In this document: piece by piece, positions 13,026 through 24,639 of the stretch
Layout of the letters: the number at the start of each line of letters is the position of its first letter
How positions within the stretch are numbered: position 1 is the stretch's first letter
Source of the DNA: Felis catus
Lineage: Eukaryota
NCBI RefSeq assembly: GCF_018350175.1
Contig: NC_058368.1
Span: forward strand, 66,466,001 to 66,530,000
Direction of reading: 5' to 3'
DNA length: 64,000 bases
Made by a program: the position numbers and the translations under genes
Notes under the pieces: model-generated
What the model was told of the DNA's origin: nothing
The model's database searches: none
The model's input: only the letters and a program-made list of their open reading frames with translations

Positions 13026-13883
13026 CTTTAACTCAAATCTATAAAGATTACACTCCATTTCAACAGCATGTTTACTACAGGAAAAAAAATGAATGCATAC
13101 TCCTTCTCAAACCGTCTTAGGTGTCAGCCTTTACATGACCTTGGACACTACTTGAGGTCTGTGTCTAATGCCAACGCAGACTCTGAGCTCTGCTGCACTT
13201 AGCACAGCCTCTGCATTTACATTCAGTTTACTCCTGTCCAGCCCCAAATAACACATTGGTCGTATAATTTACACACAGTTAGAGAGACCCTGGTTTGGAA
13301 GACCATGAATCTATCCACCGTGCCTTTTTGGAGCCCCATTCATCTTTGTTTAAAATCTTATTTACATCCGTACTTATTCCTTACAATTCTTAAAGTCTTT
13401 TTAGAGGGAGAGAATTATTAGTTGGCCTTTAAATTTCAAGTATTGTAATGTCATTGCTGTGCTATAATTTGAGTTGAATTTAGTCTGTAATACTCCTCGG
13501 AGATCTTAGACCTCACTGTTATGGTCTATGGCTGATAAATTTAAAAGAAAAGAAAAAGAAAGAGCACGAGCAAATGTTTTTAAATACTATATTTAATGAA
13601 GTACCCTGGTTCTGAAGACAGTGCTTATATATGTGCCATAATTAGAAATACAAAAGATGGTTTTGAATAGCTAAGTTAGAAGATATTAAAACCACACTAC
13701 CCATTAGAGTGGGTGGATGATGAGTTTCCTAACAGTGGCTCCTTGTTATCCTTGCTCATCAAGCCCTTACTTAGCTTTGTAAATGACTCCCAACACTGGA
13801 TTTCCTTCCAGTTCATTACAACCACAGGCATGAAAATCTAAAATATTGTAAACTGCCAGTCTAACAGAGCTCAGAGCACCAAC

Positions 13884-14063
13884 CTGAAGCTGAAGGTAGA
13901 GTTCTGGAAGAAAGGGGGATTGTCAAACTTCTTGAGAGACAGACAGTCTTGCACATCTTTTAAAGTTGGCAATTTCTCACTGTTTCTTCCCACTTGATTT
14001 CTTCTCAACAGACCTTCGGAGGTTCCGTTACACAGGGTGACCCGGCGGTTATAATCATCTAGG
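13884..14063 (-). CDS. DCT: DCT coding exon 5 (180 nt): [17 protein letters not shown]...FQNSTFSF-R
   Basis: CCCTTAG acceptor; donor AG|GTTGGT; lies within ORF 13871..14140. Confidence 0.97.
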
Positions 14064-15836
14064 CTAAGGGTTGTAAGGAGAGTGAAAATAGTATGTTTTA
14101 ATTTGTGGCTACTATCATAACTTTGGGCCAAGCAAACCAAGCAAAAACTTAGTCATAATAAAATCTTATTATAGTTACCTTACAAGGGTCAAAAATATGT
14201 GGTAAAAGTACTATCTCCAAAAGTAATTACGGATTAAAGAGTTTCAAAAAACCAGATGCATAAAATATGCATATATATATGAAGATAAAGTACCGTTCCG
14301 TTGGAAAGTATGAAAATTTATAAGCAAGATGGTGCCTCCTAGGAGGTGCATTTGAATGATGAGTAACTGAAGAGAGAGCAGGGTGACCTGTTTTATACCC
14401 AGCTAAGCTAGTGTTGGCAGAAATGCCTGCATAAGGCTAGGAGAACATTTTGGGCAAACTGAAGGCAAATGAAGGGCACCGGAGTAAAAACAGACAAAAC
14501 TAGGTAGAGGAGAGATATTAAGAAAAAAGTTGCATGAGAAAGTGTTCCAAGATGGCAGGGATAGCTATGTGGTAAACACAGAGGCTGAGAAGGTTCCGCA
14601 CCCATAAAAGATTACACTCTACAAGTTTGTTGTGGCCTAGAATTCCACCAGTAGAGCATTATTTCACTGCAGGAGATAAAATATCAAAGATGTTTCTGTG
14701 TGGGTTTTAATGGGTAAGGGGATAGTCCTGGGTCTGTGAGAATAGAATCAGCGCACACGTGAGGATGAAAGAGGCCAGTACCGAAAAACAAGGCAGAAAG
14801 GCCTCCAAGGCAGCATTTCCCAAGTGTGTGCCTGTGACACAGTCTGTGAAGTAAGTGTGTCAGAGTTGGGTGAGTTTAGGCTCCCTCTAAGAGTACACTT
14901 CCATAGGAAAGTCTCAGAAATGTTCTAAAATGTAAAACCTTTGTAACTCAGCATTCCTTAAATGTGTTTGATTGGACCACCTATTAATTCCCCAAGGAGC
15001 TATGAGAAATGGGGCTTTATGGGATTATGGCATCATGTCAAAAAGCACTTCTTACATCCCTGCATGTGGTAGGGCACTCTCCACAGGGCTGCAGGAAAAG
15101 CTCAGAATGGAGGAGACAGGATCCCTGCCAGCTTGACCTGCACCCCTGCAGACACGTGCACACCCACACTGGGGGCGCTGACAAGGAAGCTCGATGCCAT
15201 GGAGCAGGAGAAAGACACAGGGCGGGGGAGCTAGAGCAGTCTGGTTAAAAACAGGAGGATTTGGAGGAAACAGATGAGTAAAGGAAGGCAGAAGAGCCTT
15301 GTGGGGAATTTTTCCTGAGATGTGTGCCAGGGAAAAGGAACCAATCTAAGGGATCATGGAGGACAGGGTTCCCTATGGGTGGCAGGTTGCTCATCTGCTT
15401 ATGTGTTCTTCAGTATTTCAGAGATCATTCTCCCCTGCCCCATCCCTGGTCCCTCTCAGCTCACCATCGCCCGATGGTGCAGCCATACCAGACTGCTTCC
15501 AGAGACTTCTATAGCTTCATACATAATGTTCCCTCCACCTAGGACACACTCACCACCCCACCCTACATGTGCTTAAGGTCTGTGCCTCCGCATCTTAGAG
15601 GATTTCCCTGCCTCTCTTCTTGGCTTTCCACTTATACCTATCATGATACTTTTCACGCTGTATTGTAATTTGTTTACACACGATCTGCCTTTGTAAACAT
15701 AAAACCATAGTCAAATGGGAAGCTCTTTTATCCATCCTTGTATTGCCAGTACTATTTCGCTGCTTGGAATATGATCAGTGCTTAAGAATGTTTGGCTGAA
15801 TGCAGAAACTACTTCTAATTTTAAAACAGTTGATCT

Positions 15837-16056
15837 GGGGCACCTGCGGTGGGGGGCTCTGTTGGTTGAGCATCTGACTCTTGATTTGGGCCTGGGTCAT
15901 GATCTCACAGTTCGTGGGATTGAGCCTCGCATCTGGCTTTGCGCCGACAGTGTGGAACCTGCTTGGGGTTCTATCTCTCCCTCTGGGCCTCTCTCCTGCT
16001 CGTGCTCTCCCTCTTTCTCTCACTCTCAAAATAAATAAACATTTAAAAAAAAGAAG
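15837..16056 (+). mobile_element. CAN-SINE in DCT intron 4
   Basis: TSD aaaaca(g/c)ttgatct at 15823-15836 and 16057-16070. Confidence 0.93.
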
Positions 16057-16291
16057 AAAACACTTGATCTAGAAATTATGACCAAGCACATTCAATTCCA
16101 TACCTGCATTTTTTTTTTATTAAGGGGCTTAGAATTTTTAAAAATCCTACCTCCTTCACGAAAATAATTTTCAGCAACACGGAAACAGAACTCAACACAC
16201 ATTAGAAATAGAAATATAAAGTGCCTCTCCATCTCTCAGACACAAGAAAATGTGGTCTCTGTATTTCCATTGCAGGTATATATGCCATTAC

Positions 16292-16458
16292 CTATCACAG
16301 ATAACTTCCCAGCTGGAGAATCTTGAGTTCCGGCTAATTAGAGTTGGATCATCTTGTCTTGCTGCCCCAAACAGCTGGTCTGTGCACACGTCACACTCGT
16401 TCTTTCCAGTGGCAAAGTTCCAGTAGGGCAAAGCAAAGGACTCGTTGCCAATAAGGCG
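16292..16458 (-). CDS. DCT: DCT coding exon 4 (167 nt): [31 protein letters not shown]...SSWEVICD-S
   Basis: CTTTTAG acceptor; LPYWNF and CDVCTD tyrosinase-family motifs; donor AG|GTAATG. Confidence 0.97.
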
Positions 16459-16591
16459 CTAAAAGCAAAGGGCAAGCCTAGTTATTTAACTCATAGTATC
16501 AAATACAACAAGAAAGCATGGAAAGCAAAGACTGTTATGGGTCTTGACCAAATGCAAAATTAAAAGTACCCAATGCATAGTTTTGACCAAC

Positions 16592-16692
16592 CTGGAGATC
16601 CCTTTCCAGCCACAGCAAATGGTACCGGTGCCAGGTAACGAAGGCAGGTCCTTGGTGTGAGAAGTCTATGGCCTTGTATGGGCGCCCTGGTC
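16592..16692 (-). CDS. DCT: DCT coding exon 3 (101 nt): [34 protein letters not shown]
   Basis: TTTAG acceptor; donor CAG|GTTGGT; metal-A histidines 211 and 220. Confidence 0.97.
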
Positions 16693-18535
16693 CTAAAGCA
16701 ATTGGGAAACATGCTAAAGATCGTGGAATAGAATTGTTCAAATGTCAAACCCTTACCCCATTGGGATGGGTCTACAGAGCCAATAAGTCCATGCTGTTTT
16801 AATTGAAAAAAATTGTTTGGTTTTATCATTTATCCCTCTGAGAGCAACAACAGCAACAACAGAACAATTTCGGAAGCAACTAACACTTTTAGGATAAATT
16901 CTCCTTCATCTCTCAGAAGTTTGATTGTCAACAGAGATCGAGAGAAATTCAGGTCACTTTCAGCTTTGAGAGCCCTGACATATATTTAATTTTTAAGCAA
17001 CATTTCATTAAGATGAAATAAAGGTATCCAAAGGAATAGACCACGAAGCCCTCAATGAAATACGTTTTCAAAAGACATTTATCAACCTGTTCCTTATAAA
17101 CGCACACATTCATAAGGGAGGGATTAATTAATAGAAAAGTAACTTCAACTGCACTTAGTCCTAATTCAGGCGTTTATGAAACTGGGAAGAACTTTCCGTT
17201 CTTTTGGGTTTCGCCTCAGCCATTGATCAGTTAAAACCACTAGCTGACAAGCATGGTCACCAAGACTAGAAGAGAGAGAAATACATCCAAACCAATTTGG
17301 CTGGCCACTGGAACTGCCAATTGTCGTGAAAAGCTGCAGGCAATTTAATGACCTCCTTACTGCCTGTTCTATGCTTCTTCGTCTTTCATAACAGCTTTTA
17401 GTGGTTATGTAGAAACTTTAGCTAACTTTAGTTCTTTTTCAAAGTGCCTATCATAACTTCAGAAAGCGGAACAGACACAAATATAAATTTACTTCCTAGA
17501 TCCAACCAGAAATTACAGTCTTCTGTCCCTCCAGAGAGACTACTCTTTCATAAAGCAAAAATTCCTCAGAGTGATGACAGGAAAACTACACAGGTTTATA
17601 GCCAGAAGAGCCTCCTTATCTATCGATAAAGAAAGACAAATGCTTACCCGAGAGCAAGATTTTAAAGGACTCACACTGAGGAAAGAATGGTTGTCACGGA
17701 TGATGGCTACATCATCCTTTTTAAGTGTGTCAATTCAGAACGCAATTTAATATTCCCCAAACTAATGACACAAAATCCAGCAATAGGGAACCAGTGATAA
17801 ACCCAAAGACAGGCAATTCCCATGGGAATCTGACTATGCAAAGTGAACTTGATGTCTTCATGTGCCCTGACCCTAACCAGGGACCCCAAAAGTGGGGGTG
17901 ATAGGTAGAGCCAATCTTTCAGAACTGCACCGAGCAGAACTCAGAATGGATTCACACCCCCCTGGAATGTACTGATGTCTGCGGCATTCACTGACTCAAT
18001 CCCAGCTGGAGTACACCATATTATGGGCACCATGAATGATGATGATCCGAAAGTCTAAAGACTAACACATGCGAGTTTAATGAAACACACTCTCTCCGCA
18101 CACTCTAATTCTGCACAGAGAAGCGTCATGTGCTTTAGCACATGTTCAGTTAATTCCTCTAATTTGAAGAAAAAGGTCAGAGAGGGCTTCCATGGCCAGA
18201 TTTAGAATGTTTTCTTCTGGAATCAAAAGGAATTTGCCTCCTCCGCTCCACCAACTCTTGCCTTTGAGGGGAAATAGCTTCACAGAGGAGAGTTTAGACT
18301 TTGAACCCAAAACACGAACTCCAGGAGAAAACGTTTTCGAAAGTCAGCCAACGTACTGGTAGAAACTGCTCCATCCCAACTTCAGGCAGCATTTTGATAA
18401 TCTGATGACTTTCATAAGCCTAACCTTTCCCTAAAGGTTGTTCTCTTGTTAATTCACCTGCCTGATTACTTCCCGCCCACCCACCCCCAGCCCCAAACCT
18501 ATAGGAATATACCCTAAGCTAAGGGGAAAACCCAC

Positions 18536-18835
18536 CTAATAATGTATCTCTCACAGAGTAATAATGGAGCCACACAAAGAAATCATAAATGCTGGAATTG
18601 GCGATCTGTGGCTGGGTCCCGTTGGGCCCCAGGAGGCCGAGCCAGTGTTGTGTGGTGATCACATAGTCAGGGTGTGTGGTGTTCTTTGCGAGGTCTAAGG
18701 CGTCCAAGAACTGCTCTCTCTCCTGAAGAGTCAAGGAATGGATATTCTTCCGAACAACCAGGGGTTTCCTTTCGTTGCAATCATGGCCGGTCCAGCCAAA
18801 CCTGCAGAATCCACAGTGGTACCCATAAAAATGTC
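18536..18835 (-). CDS. DCT: DCT coding exon 2 (300 nt): [17 protein letters not shown]...[14 protein letters not shown]
   Basis: Polypyrimidine tract and CCAG acceptor at 18836; donor AG|GTGGGT at 18535; contains His189; phase 1 at both ends. Confidence 0.97.
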
Positions 18836-19062
18836 CTGGTTTATATTCAAAAGAAAAAAAGAAAAAGGAGAGACAGAAGAGGAAGTCAGTTTATGTAACA
18901 TGGAAGAAATTTCTGAATCTGAACACTGGGATAGTGAGGAGAAACTGAAGGTGTTTACAAGAAGGCAAGGAAAACCGATTTCCTTCCCTTATTCTCCTCT
19001 TGAAATGTTGCTATCTCCAAGTGAACCGAGTGCTAGAGAGTTTTGTAGAAATAGCCCCCGCA

Positions 19063-19267
19063 GGGGCGCCTGGGTGGCTCAGTCAGTTAAGCCTCTGACT
19101 CTTGGTTTCGTCTCAGGTCATGATCTCACGGTTCATGAGTTCAAGGCCCAAGTGGGGCTCTGTGCCCTGACATCTTGGAGCCTGCTTGGGATTCTGTCTC
19201 TTCCTCTCCCCGTCTCACATGCGTGCTCGTGCACCCTCTTTCTGTCTCTCAAAACAAACAAACAAAA
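19063..19267 (+). mobile_element. CAN-SINE in DCT intron 1
   Basis: ggggcgcctgggtggctcagtcagttaag... with (AAAC)n tail. Confidence 0.93.
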
Positions 19268-19313
19268 AGAAATGCTCCCAGCAAAGAAACAGAATATGAA
19301 AGGCGTCACATGC

Positions 19314-19684
19314 TGTTACAGGTGGACTGTGTCCCTTCAAAATCCATAAGTTGAAGTCCTCACCCCCAGTTCCTCAGTGATGACTGTATTTGGAGCTAGA
19401 GTCTCCAAAGAGGTAATTAAGTTAAAATGAGGTCATTAGGTGGCCCCTATTCCAACACGACTAGTGTCCTCGTAAGAAGAGGAAATTCAGACGGCAATAG
19501 GTACAGAGAGACCATATGAAGACACAGGGAGAAGACAGCTGCGTACAAAACAGGAGAGAGACCTCGGAAGAATCTAACCCTGACAACGCCTGGGACTTTG
19601 GGCCTCCAGACGTCGGGACGGTGAGTTTCTGTTTGCCACCCAGTCCGTGGCACTCTGTTACTGCAGTCCTAACAAACTAACACA
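19314..19684 (+). mobile_element. MaLR LTR (MLT1B-like)
   Basis: tgttacaggtggactgtgtccc...gttaaaatgaggtcattagggtggccc...aaactaacaca; TG...CA ends. Confidence 0.85.
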
Positions 19685-20826
19685 CATGTGCCACCTTCCA
19701 AGCTCTCCTTCCTCTCCCTTCCTCCCTCCAAGCTCTCCTTCCTCTCATGCAGGCGTCCCCCCACCCCGTGTCCCCCCCACGCCCCCACCCCCAGGCTGCA
19801 CAACCATCTCGGACATGCACGCTACTGAACCCCACCTTACACGTGCACGCTGCTGAGCCCCGCTATCCTGTGGCACACACAGATGGGCCGACCCAGAGTG
19901 GTTCACTGATTTAGAGAAGGAAGGGAATACACACCAAGCTCAGGGCAGAACCCAAATAAATAAGCTGGTTGCCAGGAATTCAGGTGAAATCTAACATTAA
20001 CAAAGCTGGTTTATTTCACAAAGGAGACAGAGTTAAGACAAAATCAATGGAGGCTGGCAGGTCATAAAGGTGAATTAGCTGCCATGATATCGAGACGTGC
20101 AAATCACTGCAGGGCTCCCCATCTGTGGCACAAATGTCTCTGCTTTATCAACCCAGGGAATGAGTACTAGTCCTATGAGCTGAAGAGTTTTCCAATCAGC
20201 ATCTACAGTTGAAATTATTTCAGCTTGTTCTTGACTTTGCCCTTTTTAGCCTCGATTATTGCCTTTGGTATGACCAACACCTCATTCCCTAGGTGGTGGT
20301 AAATTAGAGGGTAAATGTTGTAATATTTCTGGAGCAAAATGTTGAAGCAAAAGGGGATCAGAATGCTTATCTCCCAGGGCATTAGAGGGGTTAAAGCATT
20401 AATGTGGGAGACCAACTCTGCTCCCCTGCCCCTCCTCCCCCTCCTATTCCCCGTCCTCCCAGACCTTTTTACTTGCTTCCCTTCCTACCCGCAGCACTGC
20501 AGCACTTTTCCCTCATCATCTCTTTAAATTCCTCTTTGCCTGGTTATCTACTACTGTTTTCAGCCTCACAGCGGGTGGTCTACGAGGTCATCCTTGACTC
20601 TACATGTCAAGGTCAGGTGTTTCTGCACTGAGCAACCCTGGTACCACATATTCCCCTTTCATTGCATTTATCACAACTATTGACTTGCTTCAGAGACAGG
20701 CCGCTAGAAGGCAGTTATCCTGCTGTCTAAGCCTGTGGCTGGCCTTGTACAAAATGACTGTTGAATAAATAAGAAAAATACAAAGCCAAATTATCACAAT
20801 GTGCACTTTAAAAATCATACACTTTT

Positions 20827-21073
20827 GGGCACCTGGGTGGCTCAGTCAGTTGAGCGTCCAACTCTTCATTCCAGCTCAGGTCATGATCCCAGGGTTGTGG
20901 GATTGAGCCCTCTGTTGGGCTCCACGCTCAGTGTGGAGCCTGCTTAAGATTCTCCCCCACTCCTCTATCTCTTTCTGTCTCTCTCTCTGCCCCCTCCCCA
21001 GCTCACGCTCTTTTTCTCTCAATAAAATAAAATAAAATAAAACAAAATAAAATAAAACAAAATGAAATAAAAT
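20827..21073 (+). mobile_element. CAN-SINE with (AAAAT)n tail
   Basis: TSD aaaaat(ca/tg)tacactttt. Confidence 0.92.
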
Positions 21074-21430
21074 AAAAATTGTACACTTTTATTTGTAGTC
21101 ATACCTCAATAAAGTTGAATTTCTTTTGGAAAATAATTTTAAAAAAGCGTATGAAGCATGTAGTAAATAATCTAATACACGTAAAATTTCTTCTTCCTCT
21201 TTCTCCCTATCCTTCTGGATTAAAAGGAAAAGCAGGCCCGGTAAATCATTTGGATGAACTATAAATACCAAAACAGAGGTAAGTAAAAAATAGTATGACC
21301 ATAGTAGAGAGAGGATTATTTGAATTTCTAAAGAAAAAGAAAAATTTACAATAGCATGAAACAAAATGATTAGCACTTGTGCTGCATAAGAAAAAAATGC
21401 ACAGGCCTCCTTTTCTATTAACCCAATGGA

Positions 21431-21572
21431 TTTTTTTTAATGTTTACTTATTTTTGAGAGACAGAGAGTGCAAGTGGGGGAAGGGCAGAGAGAGACGGAG
21501 ACAGGATCCAAAGCAGGCTATGTGACCTGAGCCGAAGTCTGACAGTTAACCCCTGAGCCACCCAGGTGCCCC
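21431..21572 (-). mobile_element. CAN-SINE with an internal deletion
   Basis: Tail and head present; middle missing at ...aagcaggcta|tgtgacctgag.... Confidence 0.85.
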
Positions 21573-22917
21573 TACACAATGCATTTTTTGATGGTTAAAA
21601 AAAATGTTGTTAAAAATATTATAAGTAGGAAGAATTTCTTAAGGTAATTTATTTGGGTTCTATGCTCCTTGTAACATACAAAATATCCTGTCTATGCTCT
21701 CATAGTTCACTTATCTGTATGTTTTAACACTGTATGAGAACATAAATAAAAAATACTAAAAAGAAAAAATCCTACTAGTCCCAAGACCAAAACATGTTTT
21801 TGAATGGTTTCAATTAAATTTACAAGTTAGATTTACATTGTCAAGTGAAGTTAAAGTTTACACGAATTACTAGAGTGAAGCTCTTAAATACAAATTACTT
21901 ATAAATATTTATTGAGCAACTAGTATAGTCCCAGATGCTAAACAACATATTCCAGGGTTATTTTCCCCTAGGGTACCTACTAAAATTGTAGATCTGTTTC
22001 AAAACACCTTTGATTAAAACGTATCACCTTCTCTGGCAACACTCACAGGATTAGAGTATCTTTTGAGGAGTGAATGAAAAAACTGCATCCAAAAAATACT
22101 AAAAACCCAACTTTCCAGCTGTTCCCCTATAGGCAGATGATTGGAGATGAATATGTAGTCACAGCTTTACAATAGGAGAGTGAGTCCCTCCTTCAAAATG
22201 CTAAGGAATAACACACCTAAATTTTCTAATAATTCAAGACATTTCTACATTTAAATGCGTAAAACTTGTCTTTGAGTTTTATTGAAATTGAGTAATTCAT
22301 AACTTATGCCATGAGTTGTAATGTTCCTGCACTTCCCTTACCACAATTATTTTTGGTTGCTAGAAACAAAATTATCAATAACTAATTATCTCCCCCATTT
22401 TTCATTCAACAGATAATTTATTAACACCTACTCCCTAAAGGGCAGGCAGAACTCAGCATGCCTCTCTCTGGGCTCCCAACTTGGTATGTTCAGAGAAGCT
22501 GCCATGCTTTGTAACTTTGGATTCAACTTCTCCAGACCTGTCATACTGGGATAAGAGCTCTACTTCATAGAGTTCTTATGGGAAGCAAGCATGTTAATAT
22601 ATCGAGCACTTAGAACAGTGCCTGCTACAGAGTAAGTTCTATATTAAGTGTCATTATTAGTAGATGCCACTTAACAAGCAGTATTGGAACTATTTGTCTT
22701 CCTGTCTGTCTTCTCCATCCACTACACTACGGGCACCTTCAAAATCATGTTGGGTTTTCTTCCCTCTTTGTACCTGAAGGGTCTAGCATAACTGGTGCTA
22801 AATAAACATCAGTTGGGCGGGTAATGAATGAATCAATGAGTAATTGCATAAAAAACATTAGGCACTGGGAGATACAAATGCAAATAAAGTACAATGCCAC
22901 CATTCAGGAGATGAAGG

Positions 22918-23089
22918 ACATTGGGGGGATGGGCTAAATGGGTGGGGGGTATTAAGGAGGGCACTTGGGTTGAGCACTGGGTATCGTACGTAAGTGATGG
23001 ATCACTGGTCGGACTCCTGAAACCAATACTACGCTGTATGTTAACTGATTTGAATTTAAACAAAAACTTGGAATAAGTAAATAATAAAA
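22918..23089 (+). mobile_element. Carnivore L1 3' end followed by a G16 run
   Basis: gatgggctaaatggg...attaaggagggcactt...ctcctgaaaccaata...gaatttaaa. Confidence 0.8.
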
Positions 23090-23344
23090 CGGGGGGGGGG
23101 GGGGGGAAGAGGAAGGACGTGTGCGCAGTGAAACACCAACGCAAGTCTAACTACGGGAAAAGTGAAAACGGAGGAACAACCCAAACACCACAGAACACAA
23201 AAGACAAAATGATGAATTCTGACTCAGGAGACCAGAGCTGTTTCACAATTATGTTGAGCAAAGACGTTTCTTATTACAAAGCCATACTTGCCTCTGAAAA
23301 GCAACACAGAGGTCCTAATTTTCCCAATAAGAAAGAATTGGGGT

Positions 23345-23565
23345 GGGGGGGGGAGGGGGGAGATGGGTGAAGGGGATTAAGAAGTACAGACTTCAAGTTA
23401 CAAAATAAGTAAGACATGGGGATGTCATGGACAGCACGAGGAATATAGTCAACGTTATTGTATTAACTTTCATTTTGTAGTCTGTGCAACTGTAGGATCA
23501 CTATGTTGTACACCTAAAGCTAATATATTATGTATCAACTGTACCCCAATAAGTAAAAAAAGAAA
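23345..23565 (+). mobile_element. L1MA-type 3' end
   Basis: gagatgggtgaaggggattaagaagtacagacttc...ctatgttgtacacctaaagctaatata. Confidence 0.7.
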
Positions 23566-24639
23566 GCATCTGTCTGCATCTGAGCTCACCTATAACCCAG
23601 AAATGTATTCAGTAAAAAAATTCCTTTTCCAGCATATCTCCCAAAGCTCTGCAGTCAGACCCCTTTGATGTTTTGAGCTTCTAAACCCGGTCTAAAGAAT
23701 TCGTTAAAATGCTGACGACAACTGAAAAATGAAACAACGGGAGAGCCCAGCACACAAAATATTTATGTTTCTAATTTAGATTCCCTAGTGGTTTCTTACA
23801 TCAGTTTAACCTGAGTTCATTTTTTCCCCTAATCTACCAATAGCAGCAGCAAAAAATAGAAGAAGATGGGCCTTTTAGAAAAGATTGCATTATCTTACTG
23901 GAAAATGGAGAGGGGAAAAAAAATGAAAGGGTCCCTTGATACCAATCTATCTACCACTGAATACGTCCTTGGGCAAAAATTAAATTTAAAAAGACAAAGT
24001 CCTAGACCTACTTAGGACTGGGATAAAAATGGAGAGTTAGAAAAACCAAGCCATGCACGTTCCTACATGAACTGTATCAGCTCAACCTCAGAAAGCCATT
24101 AGACTAAATAAGCTTAAAGACCACCGATTAGTGAATTTACAAGGAGCTCTAAATAGCCTATTCCTTTTAATTAGAGATTCTATTATTTTAATAACAATAC
24201 TTCATGCTCACATATAGCCTTTCATCTACAGAGCTCAAAAAGGTTTTACAAGTGTGGTTTCATCATTATCCCCATTTTAGAGATTGGAAAATGGAGGTAC
24301 TTAGTCTCTTGTACAAACAAGAAGCTCTCAGACAACAGTTCAAAAACTATTCGCTGTGCATGTTTTCCAAAAGTCCAAACACACAGCTGCAATTGCTATG
24401 TTCTAAGACTCGTAAGGTGAAAAACTAGCGCCATCTTCTCCTGAAATTCAGCTCTTCCTCACCACTAAATTTGGCAACTTTTTGGTTTCCATGTATCCCT
24501 ACGGAGAATAGAGAAGTTCTCTCCAGAGAACTCGAACACATAATTTAGGGGTTTTTCCCCCTTCAGAGTTTGTTTTTATTTCTCTTTCCTGGGTTAATAT
24601 CATCTACCAGCTACGAGTTCGTGAAGACTATGGGGTATT

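Noticed and set aside
18738..19349. 203-aa plus-strand ORF, the longest in the track
   Set aside because: It is antisense to exon 2 and runs through a SINE into an MLT1 LTR; no protein-family features.
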